NCBI GenBank assembly: GCA_049970015.1
Contig: JBMFNT010000008.1
Location: forward strand, 1-27,759
Source: Candidatus Micrarchaeia archaeon
GTDB taxonomy: Archaea > Micrarchaeota > Micrarchaeia > CAILAH01
Length of the DNA: 27,759 nt
Direction: 5' to 3'
Made by a program: the position numbers and the translations under genes. Of this stretch, positions 9,220 through 16,543 are shown piece after piece (the stretch's first letter is position 1; every line of letters starts with the position of its first letter). The notes beneath the pieces are model-generated. The model was not told where the DNA came from and made no database searches. It saw only the letters and a program-made list of their open reading frames with translations.

Positions 9220-10077
9220 TCATGCACCCACAGCGAGCCTGAGCAAGTCCCTGACACCAGGTGCAAGCCCAAATATGACTATTAGGAGGCAGATATAATT
9301 TTTCTCATTTGCATTTTTCTCGTTCTCAAGGATTTCAACAGCAAGCACGGCAAGAATCACTTTAAGCACCAGGAATGGGAGCCAACTTTTTCCAAAGTAA
9401 TCAGATATTGCGTTTGCAAGCACATGCTGTTCAGCATAACAACCACCGCAAACCTCATTGTAAATGTCCAATGTCACAAATGTGGCAGACCCGTCTAATG
9501 CCTGCGAAAATACAATGAGCCACCAAAATGCAACAGAGCTTTTGCCCTTTATTTGTGTATATAATATTGTAATACCTGCAGCAATCGCAATTATCATGAT
9601 CGCATACTGTAAGTTTACAACCATGGGCACAAGCACAAGCAGGTGCGCAAGCCAGAGCACACTTACCAACTTGCTCATCTCCCTGTCTTTACCGATGGCA
9701 TATGCAAGGTACATTGTTATGACTGTGAACAACCCTATAATCACATATATGCCCGGGCTCACTGTAATGAAAGTGCGGTCGTATAAGTGCGATGATATTA
9801 TCAGTTCATACAACCAGCCAACCCCTCCACTCAGGTATTTGTGCATTACATGCGAATCTATTGAATCAGTTATGACGCGCACGGTTGAGCCGAGCAGTAT
9901 ATATGGCAGTATGTTTGATATGAACCTCTCATCGAACCGTATGCCTTTCCTTGTGAACAGCACATATATACCATATGCCGCTGCAAGGGCAATCACAGCA
10001 TAAACAGTTGTGTTTACTGGGTTGTACCCTTCATACTCAACAATGGGCCTCACAAAGTAATCGTCAATAAATCCCAT
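9220..10077 (-). CDS. DUF63 family multi-pass membrane protein
   Basis: GYNPVNTxVYA, VSPGIY, QALDGSATF, EQHVL, GLAPGVRDLLRL motifs. Confidence 0.85.
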   Translation of the reverse strand: MGFIDDYFVRPIVEYEGYNPVNTTVYAVIALAAAYGIYVLFTRKGIRFDERFISNILPYILLGSTVRVITDSIDSHVMHKYLSGGVGWLYELIISSHLYDRTFITVSPGIYVIIGLFTVITMYLAYAIGKDREMSKLVSVLWLAHLLVLVPMVVNLQYAIMIIAIAAGITILYTQIKGKSSVAFWWLIVFSQALDGSATFVTLDIYNEVCGGCYAEQHVLANAISDYFGKSWLPFLVLKVILAVLAVEILENEKNANEKNYICLLIVIFGLAPGVRDLLRLAVGA

Positions 10078-10132
10078 ACAACTGGAATTTTACACCCACA
10101 ATTTTTAAAACATACAATGCTCCAATTCATGT

Positions 10133-11329
10133 ATGCTTCCTCCTGCACACATATGCGTTCCCTGCAAGGGTACAAGGCATTTGTGTGGCCTTGGCTACTG
10201 CCCGATCCTCAAGAAGGTCAGTGTACAGGCAGCCATCCTCTCCTCAGCAAAAAAGAATGTTTTCGGCCCATCCCCACCCAACATATTTGTTGGCCACACT
10301 GGATACCCATATGTTTCCGTTGGTGCTATGGTAAGTGAGAATGAGGTCATAGATAATCCATCTAACATGTTTGGAATGAGTCTTGATGAGATTGTGAGAC
10401 AGCGTTCAATGCTTTACAGGAGTGCAGTCAAGCGCGAGGTATTTTCCCGTGATAGGTACATAACTGATATGCAGGAGATAGTACTCTCACAGGTGCCCGT
10501 AGATGTTGATATTCAGTTTAAGCATACGCCAAAGCAGGAGGTTAAATTTTCACCGCTTTTACAACCAATGGGTCCTATAGGGCTGGTTGACAGGTATTCT
10601 GTGATAGGCAATCCAAAGATACCAAAACGCATTGATTCCCTTGCAAATGATAATGTACGCGTTGTACAGGCAGTCAAAGAGCTTCTGTACCGTGGTTATG
10701 ATAACTATTACCTTATGCGTGTTATGAGTGCAGGTGTGCTTGGCACATGGGAGAGAAAGAAACTTGTACCGACACGGTGGAGTATAACTGCAATGGATGA
10801 CACACTTTCAAAAATACATATGTCAGTCATACGCGAATCTCCAGAAATTTCAGACTTTGAGTTTTATTACAGTGAGTACATGAGCAATAGGTATGTGGTA
10901 ATGCTCATTCCTGGCAGATGGGAGTTTGAGAATTTTGAGGCGTGGGCGCATGGTTCTTTATGGAACCTTAGCGGCAACAGCACATACATAACGGTTGAGC
11001 ATGAGCCATTCTCTGGCAGGAGTGATTATGCAGAATCTCAGGTGGGTGGCTACTATGCATCACGGTTTGCTGTTACTGAACACTTGTTTGGCAGGAGGAG
11101 GCAGGCGCGTGCTATAGTCATTCGCGAGATTGATGCCGGGTATATGGTGCCAGTAGGTGTATGGCAGGTGCGCGAGAATGTGCGCAATGCATTTAAGTCT
11201 GGGCCAACAAAGTTTTCAACACTTAGTGATATGCTCGATTATGCAAAACTTCAATTGACAAACCCGTTGGATGAATACCTAAGACATGATGTTGTTCTGA
11301 AACAAAGAAGACTGTGTGATTTCTTGTGA
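10133..11329 (+). CDS. nreA: Nre family archaeal DNA repair protein with C-terminal PIP box
   Basis: CxxCKGxxxLCGxxxCP, SPPNIFVG..GYP, LVPTRWSITAMDD, GGYYASR, PVGVWQVRENVR, terminal QRRLCDFL. Confidence 0.93.
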   Translation: MLPPAHICVPCKGTRHLCGLGYCPILKKVSVQAAILSSAKKNVFGPSPPNIFVGHTGYPYVSVGAMVSENEVIDNPSNMFGMSLDEIVRQRSMLYRSAVKREVFSRDRYITDMQEIVLSQVPVDVDIQFKHTPKQEVKFSPLLQPMGPIGLVDRYSVIGNPKIPKRIDSLANDNVRVVQAVKELLYRGYDNYYLMRVMSAGVLGTWERKKLVPTRWSITAMDDTLSKIHMSVIRESPEISDFEFYYSEYMSNRYVVMLIPGRWEFENFEAWAHGSLWNLSGNSTYITVEHEPFSGRSDYAESQVGGYYASRFAVTEHLFGRRRQARAIVIREIDAGYMVPVGVWQVRENVRNAFKSGPTKFSTLSDMLDYAKLQLTNPLDEYLRHDVVLKQRRLCDFL

Positions 11330-11447
11330 TGCATGCTTAGTGATATGCTCGATTATGCAAAACTTCAATTGACAAACCCGTTGGATGAGTACCTAAGACA
11401 TGATGTTGTTCTGAAACAAAGAAGACTGTGTGATTTCTTGTGATGCA
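11222..11447 (+). repeat. 114-bp-period tandem duplication of the nre 3' end
   Basis: 11222-11333 vs 11336-11447: 112 bp with one synonymous difference (GAA/GAG). Confidence 0.95.
11333..11443 (+). CDS. Putative 36-aa mini-ORF, a copy of the Nre C-terminus with PIP box
   Basis: ATG CTT AGT ... TTC TTG TGA = MLSDMLDYAKLQLTNPLDEYLRHDVVLKQRRLCDFL; starts 3 nt after the nre stop; expression unknown. Confidence 0.3.
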   Translation: MLSDMLDYAKLQLTNPLDEYLRHDVVLKQRRLCDFL

Positions 11448-11561
11448 ATGTGCCAGGGATTGGAGAATTTCACCTGTGTATTTTATGAGATCTATCCACA
11501 GAATTGATGCAATGTGCCAGGGATTGCAGAATTTCACTTGTATTTTATGAAATCTATTCCA
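11441..11561. repeat. 64-bp-period diverged duplication covering the nre stop, the intergenic spacer and the dtdA 3' end
   Basis: TGATGCAATGTGCCAGGGATTG(G/C)AGAATTTCAC..TGTATTTTATGA(G/A)ATCTAT at 11441 and 11505. Confidence 0.9.
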
Positions 11562-12277
11562 TACATTCCACAAAACTTAGTTATTTTACTACGCTGTCCA
11601 GCATCCAGCCCTTTCCAATCAACAAGCACTTTCTCAGTTTTTTCTACGGATTTTTCAATCCCTTTTACAAACGTTTCATACTCAAGCCCATCGATAGCAT
11701 ACTTGGGTATTATGTGCCCTATCCTGTACCTTTTGATTAGTTTTGTAAAGTTTGGGGCATAGTGTGGCCCACCAACACCCATCACAACCTCACCTTCCCC
11801 ACTTACTTCAAACTCGTTCAGTGCCTCTGCAATGGCCATGCCCGCATCCTTGTTTCTCCAGTCCTGCTCACAGCTCCCTATCTCAACAAACAATAATGGG
11901 AAATCTCCTGTAGGCCCATGATGTGTGACCTCAAGTGTAAACTCATAACCATTGACACTTGCAACCCTTTTCATAACCTCTTCCGCAATACCCCTCTCAA
12001 TCCCGGGCACTGAGATGCACACGTCCCGTGGCATGCCTCCGTATAACGCCTCGCCCGTCCAGTTGCCTGTGTGATGACAGGTTATGGCACGCACCCCTTT
12101 TTCGCTTTTGTGTCTGCTCAGCATAATGTATGCATAACCCTTATTTTCAGGAGAAAACCTAATTCCTTCACCTTCAAATCCCTCAGTCTTATACCTACTA
12201 AACCCTATTCCTTCAAGACATTCCGCTATATTGAGTGCGGCCGGGTCTCTCATTGAATAAACAATCCTTATTTCCAT
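11534..12277 (-). CDS. dtdA: D-aminoacyl-tRNA deacylase (archaeal DTD2)
   Basis: SRHKS, HHTGN, EVTHHGP, FVEIGS, GGPHYAP, HIIPKY motifs. Confidence 0.93.
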   Translation of the reverse strand: MEIRIVYSMRDPAALNIAECLEGIGFSRYKTEGFEGEGIRFSPENKGYAYIMLSRHKSEKGVRAITCHHTGNWTGEALYGGMPRDVCISVPGIERGIAEEVMKRVASVNGYEFTLEVTHHGPTGDFPLLFVEIGSCEQDWRNKDAGMAIAEALNEFEVSGEGEVVMGVGGPHYAPNFTKLIKRYRIGHIIPKYAIDGLEYETFVKGIEKSVEKTEKVLVDWKGLDAGQRSKITKFCGMYGIDFIKYK

Positions 12278-12302
12278 CTAAATATTCCTTCTTTCAATCC
12301 AT

Positions 12303-13472
12303 TTATTTCTTTTTTGCAATGACCCACAGACCTAGTGCTGCACCAAGCAGTATAACAATAGGTATGCACGTTTCTCTCTTAATCTCTTCAATCTCTTCTT
12401 GTGTAAGCCCGCCATTCGTTTGGTTCTGGCCTTCCACGGGTATGGGCATACACGTACTCTGGTTGCATACCTCCCCTTCCAGGCAATCATCATCAGATGC
12501 GCAGCAGTACTCGTTCCCATTAGCACAACAGTACTTGTTTATAACGCTCCGTGTCCCCGGCCTACAGTTTCCTGAACTACAGTCCTCATTATAACTGCAC
12601 TTCTCACCCATACCCAACTGGATCTTTTCACAGGTATACTTATCATTGCATACTTCTCCCAAGTTACACGGGTATCCTTTAACCCCGGGCACGGGACAGC
12701 ATACCTTCCCGTCAGCACAACATACATTATTATCACAGTGTCCGCTCATGCACTCAAGCCCAGAGCTGCACAGCGCACCATCTTCTTTCAATCCTTCCGT
12801 TTCATTATCTATTACCAGGCTGCCGTTTACAATCTCGCCTCCTAAAGTATAGCAGTACCATTTCTGTGTGCCAGCAAATGCCTCAGCAAACGCAAACGAT
12901 TTTGCACCATCAATAATCTCATTGACCTTTTTTGATGTAAATGTAAACTCCCTGTCAGGCATATCACACTTGTATGCTATGCTCCAGCTCGTGTTTCCGC
13001 TCTTTATTGCCTCCTCAACTGCATTCTCAAACCCTTCCCTGCACTCCTTACTTTCACGTATCATGAGGTTCATAGGGCTATACTTTGCAATAAAGTATGT
13101 GATTGCCTCTGCAAGCTTTTCTGCCTGTTCGCAGTCGCACAGTGGCCGTGCCTCGCTCTTTACCTCTCCAGACTTAACCTCACTTGCACAGCTTTTTAGC
13201 CCGGTCTGACAGTAGTTTGGGTCGAATGCGGGACATGTAAGCGTATCACAGTGCATGTTGATTGGCTCACCAAGGATAGGGTCAACAGCCTCATTTTTTA
13301 TGGGTGTTAGTGCACCCCTCTCTATATACTCTGCACACCTCGGGTATGACTCGAGCAGTACGGCCTTTGCAATGTACACAGTCGTATAATTACTCCATCC
13401 CCAAACAGGCAACATAAAAAGCAAAACACTTGCTACAATGAGTAGCAACACTCCTTTCATTTTCATGAGCAT
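12303..13472 (-). CDS. Cys-rich surface protein: degenerate Zn-PLC/S1-P1-like domain, two 10-Cys repeats, C-terminal anchor
   Basis: Signal peptide; CxSGxC..CCAxG..CC..CxxGEVCN..C twice; terminal CIPIVILLGAALGLWVIAKKK. Confidence 0.75.
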   Translation of the reverse strand: MLMKMKGVLLLIVASVLLFMLPVWGWSNYTTVYIAKAVLLESYPRCAEYIERGALTPIKNEAVDPILGEPINMHCDTLTCPAFDPNYCQTGLKSCASEVKSGEVKSEARPLCDCEQAEKLAEAITYFIAKYSPMNLMIRESKECREGFENAVEEAIKSGNTSWSIAYKCDMPDREFTFTSKKVNEIIDGAKSFAFAEAFAGTQKWYCYTLGGEIVNGSLVIDNETEGLKEDGALCSSGLECMSGHCDNNVCCADGKVCCPVPGVKGYPCNLGEVCNDKYTCEKIQLGMGEKCSYNEDCSSGNCRPGTRSVINKYCCANGNEYCCASDDDCLEGEVCNQSTCMPIPVEGQNQTNGGLTQEEIEEIKRETCIPIVILLGAALGLWVIAKKK

Positions 13473-13481
13473 TATTTAATC

Positions 13482-13495
13482 AAAAAATAAAATAA
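13482..13495 (-). terminator. Oligo-T tract downstream of the pilin gene
   Basis: TTATTTTATTTTTT on the minus strand just after the stop. Confidence 0.35.
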
Positions 13496-13502
13496 GTGTT
13501 TA

Positions 13503-13871
13503 TTAACAAGTTATATCAGCAGCTAGGGTGCTATTATCAGTCGCCTCAGTACCAAATAGAGCAGCACCTGCAAACGCCTTTACAATACCTTTTGCACTTG
13601 CCGCAAGTATCAAACCGATTATGGCACCGACCAGTAGGGAGGTGGCCCACACAGAAGCCCTTGACCTCATCTCAGCACCCATAACCTGCCCAGCAGCATA
13701 AACAAGGCCTGCCAGTACGATCATAACAAGCGCAACGACAGGGAGTATTGTAACTAAATCTTTACAAATATTGTTCAACTGTGCCTTTAAGTTTGAAGAT
13801 GATGCAAACACAACATTCCCTACAATCATCACCGCAATTGCCAGCAGTATTCCCATTCTTCGCATTTCCAT
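13503..13871 (-). CDS. TrbC/VirB2-like pilin
   Basis: Signal peptide followed by two hydrophobic helices joined by GAEMRSRASVW. SD GAGGTG (13880-13885) favours ATG 13871; 13877 is an alternative start. Confidence 0.7.
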   Translation of the reverse strand: MEMRRMGILLAIAVMIVGNVVFASSSNLKAQLNNICKDLVTILPVVALVMIVLAGLVYAAGQVMGAEMRSRASVWATSLLVGAIIGLILAASAKGIVKAFAGAALFGTEATDNSTLAADITC

Positions 13872-13905
13872 AAACATTTCACCTCAATCAAATTTAGTAA
13901 ATAAA

Positions 13906-13920
13906 ATTTAAATACTTTTT
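13906..13920 (-). promoter_or_regulatory. BRE-TATA promoter of the pilin gene
   Basis: AAAAAGTA-TTTAAAT on the minus strand, about 30-35 nt upstream of the start. Confidence 0.5.
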
Positions 13921-13936
13921 AACAATAGCCTGTTCA

Positions 13937-14452
13937 TCAGTCAACCTTGACCTCATACCCTTTCGGCTCTTCTTTCTTAATCTTCTTAATCCTTACTTCA
14001 AGCACCCCATTCTTGTAATGTGCTTTTGCACTTTTAGGGTTAACCACTGCGGGCAACCTCAGCACTTTGCTGTACTTTCTTTCGGCAGTATCGACATTTA
14101 TGCCCATTGTCTTCTCATCAATTGTCAGTTTTATGTCCTCCTTGTTTACACCAGGCAGTTCCGCAATAACAATAATCTCATCCTTCTCACTTATGATATC
14201 GGTCATGGGCTCGCGCTCTCCACCAATCTCGCCTTCCTTTCCCTTTGCAGTGTTTCCAAATTCATCCACTATAACCTTACCTTCAGGTGTAATCCTTGCA
14301 GAGAATCCATATACAAACGGCCCATACTGTTTTATTTCACCACGCTCGGCCTTCTCCATAAGGTCCCTCATCATATCTTCCATGCTTTCAAATATCTTAT
14401 CAAAATCATCATCCCAATCAAAGAACCCAAACTTCTTTCTCTTCGGAAACAT
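13937..14452 (-). CDS. hsp20: Archaeal small heat-shock protein Hsp20
   Basis: GPFVYGFS, EFGN, REPMTD, AELPGVNKEDI, AHYKNGVLEV, terminal VKVD. Confidence 0.95.
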   Translation of the reverse strand: MFPKRKKFGFFDWDDDFDKIFESMEDMMRDLMEKAERGEIKQYGPFVYGFSARITPEGKVIVDEFGNTAKGKEGEIGGEREPMTDIISEKDEIIVIAELPGVNKEDIKLTIDEKTMGINVDTAERKYSKVLRLPAVVNPKSAKAHYKNGVLEVRIKKIKKEEPKGYEVKVD

Positions 14453-14461
14453 ACAACCACC

Positions 14462-14512
14462 ACTAAAGATAATATCTTAGTAATATTTAAATACTTGACC
14501 TGCTTTAAAATA
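14462..14512. promoter_or_regulatory. Divergent promoter with TATA boxes and an operator-like palindrome before hsp20
   Basis: TATTTAAATA (14484-14493), TTTAAAATA (14504-14512), AAGATA-A-TATCTT (14466-14478). Confidence 0.45.
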
Positions 14513-14531
14513 GCGTGTGTTGGTGGTGTAA

Positions 14532-14939
14532 GTGAGTAGTGGTGGGATATTTTCAAGGCTTCCCTTGGTAGGGGAGGTTCTTGGTGGCAGGAGAAAAAAT
14601 AAGGTTTCAGTGTACGCTAGTCTACAGGATGGCAGCATACGCGATAAAATATTTTACGGTGATGTTGAGGTATTCAGGACAAGGAAGGATGAGTTTGCTG
14701 GGCAGGTGCGCAGGCGTGTGGAGGCCCTCATAGGAAGGGGTGATATGCAAGTATTCCTGTCAAGTGAGTATGCAGACATATGCACCTTCATGTCAAAAAA
14801 CCCAGATGCCACAATAAAGATTCTTAGGGATATAAGTGAGGAGACAGCGGAAAGGAAGGAGATCGTGCGTAAGATACTTAGGAAGCTATCCCACTCGCAG
14901 AATGAGGTAATCCGCACATATGCATTTAGAGAGTTGTAA
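14532..14939 (+). CDS. Hypothetical protein
   Basis: 135-aa ORF; GTG start with GGTGGTG upstream; divergent from hsp20. Confidence 0.65.
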   Translation: MSSGGIFSRLPLVGEVLGGRRKNKVSVYASLQDGSIRDKIFYGDVEVFRTRKDEFAGQVRRRVEALIGRGDMQVFLSSEYADICTFMSKNPDATIKILRDISEETAERKEIVRKILRKLSHSQNEVIRTYAFREL

Positions 14940-15149
14940 ATTTAGGGAGGCCACATACAGGAGCAGTATAAAACAACCTCACATGTGTATTTAGAGAGTT
15001 GTAAATTTAGGGAGGCCACATACAGGAGCAGTATAAAACAACCGCACATATGCATTTAGAGAGTTGTAAATTTAGGGAGGCCACATACAGGAGCAGTATA
15101 AAACAACCTCACATATACATTTAAGGAGTAATCCGCACATTTGGAGAGT
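14912..15149 (+). repeat. 65-bp tandem array (3 full units, one partial and one degenerate copy) starting inside the 3' end of the 14532 gene
   Basis: Units start at 14912, 14977, 15042 and 15107 (partial); GTAATCCGCACAT recurs at 14907 and 15128. Confidence 0.95.
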
Positions 15150-15282
15150 GCCATATCCTTTTTGCAACAGATCTTGTTTGAATGATTTCTTAAGGTCAAA
15201 TTCATTCCAGTCTTCTTTCCAATCCCACCCGACAATCAGCCATTTTCTGGGATAGATGTAAGCTACAAAACAATATTTGGAT

Positions 15283-16539
15283 TCACAACTTAATAGGGAT
15301 TGTCTCGCCATTTCTTGGAGCTATTGCAGTGAACCCAGCATCATTTAACTCATCTGCAAACGTATAACAATGATCCCCATGTATTGCTATTATGAACTCA
15401 GGGTTAGTACGTTTTATGAACTCCCACAGATCTTTCCTGCCCGCGTGTGCACTCAGGTCAACCTGTTCAACATAATAGTCGAACCGTTTTTCCTTACCAT
15501 CTTTCAGTATATACCCTTTGTTTATGAGCATCCATCCATTCGTCCCTTCCTCGCAGTATCCTGTTAAGGTTACTGAAGAATGTGGTGGCAGGTTATTAAG
15601 GTACCATAAAGCATTCCCACCGCTTAACATACCAGCTGGTGATATGATTATGTTTCCCCCACGTACTGCTTTCTTCCTCTGCTTAGGTCTTTTTACAATG
15701 ATTGCATCATGCAATGCATCATGTAGCAGTTTAGGGTTTTTTATGTATTCAGGGTACCTGAGGTATATGTCCGATGCCTTTACAGCCATCCCATCAAGGT
15801 ATATATCCACATCATGAAAATGCTCATACAGTATTACAATAACCTCCTGTGACCTTCCAACTGCAAATGCAGGCACAAGCGCACACCCTCCCCTCTCAAG
15901 TGCCCTTTCAACATTTTTTATGAGTTTTTCTTCTTCACCTTTCCTGTCATGATGCTCCTTTTCAGAGTATGTGCTCTCAGTGATGAGTATGTCCACATCT
16001 TCCTTGTATGATGCCCCTTTGTGCATCCGTGTATCAGTAAGGTTAAAATCCCCACTGTAAACAACCTTTTTCTTTCCAATCTTAAACTCACATATTGCAG
16101 CACCTAGTATGTGCCCAGCATCATAAAATGTGAGCTCTGGACCGCTTCTCATCCTTATGTTCTCCCCATATTCATGCCCGTTGAAATGATCCATTGCCCT
16201 ATTAAAACTATCCTCACTGTACGGGTTTTCAAACCCGTTGAGTTCCTGCACTTTCATTGCATCTGCTATGAGCATTTCCGCGAGTGGACCTGTTGGTGAT
16301 GTAGCATGCCACGGCACATTATTGTACTCATATATCATTGGCAGGAACCCTGAATGATCAAGGTGTGCGTGCGATATCACGACCTCATCGATCTTTTTGT
16401 GAGGTACTAAAGGCAGTTCGACCGGCCCCCCCTCATACACCTTTATCCCGTAATCAAGTATGAACCTGTGGTTTTCAAGCTCGATCAGCATGCCAGCCCT
16501 TCCAACCTCTCCCGCACCGCCAAGGAATGTTATTTTCAT
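15283..16539 (-). CDS. Beta-CASP metallo-beta-lactamase ribonuclease without KH domains (aCPSF2/aCPSF1b-like)
   Basis: MKITFLGGAGEVGR, HAHLDH, GHILG, SGD, ESTY, PAFAVGRSQE, SAHAG, HGD. Confidence 0.92.
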   Translation of the reverse strand: MKITFLGGAGEVGRAGMLIELENHRFILDYGIKVYEGGPVELPLVPHKKIDEVVISHAHLDHSGFLPMIYEYNNVPWHATSPTGPLAEMLIADAMKVQELNGFENPYSEDSFNRAMDHFNGHEYGENIRMRSGPELTFYDAGHILGAAICEFKIGKKKVVYSGDFNLTDTRMHKGASYKEDVDILITESTYSEKEHHDRKGEEEKLIKNVERALERGGCALVPAFAVGRSQEVIVILYEHFHDVDIYLDGMAVKASDIYLRYPEYIKNPKLLHDALHDAIIVKRPKQRKKAVRGGNIIISPAGMLSGGNALWYLNNLPPHSSVTLTGYCEEGTNGWMLINKGYILKDGKEKRFDYYVEQVDLSAHAGRKDLWEFIKRTNPEFIIAIHGDHCYTFADELNDAGFTAIAPRNGETIPIKL

Positions 16540-16543
16540 AAAA

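Noticed and set aside
11337..11573. 78-aa minus-strand ORF across the nre-dtdA gap
   Set aside because: Starts out of frame inside dtdA and is explained by the duplications; no independent support
14454..14528. Inverted CACCAC / GGTGGTG pair flanking the hsp20 promoter
   Set aside because: Simply the Shine-Dalgarno motifs of two divergent genes
14912..15123. 65-bp array as a CRISPR array
   Set aside because: Units are nearly identical along their whole length, with no unique spacers, and do not resemble the repeat at 27682
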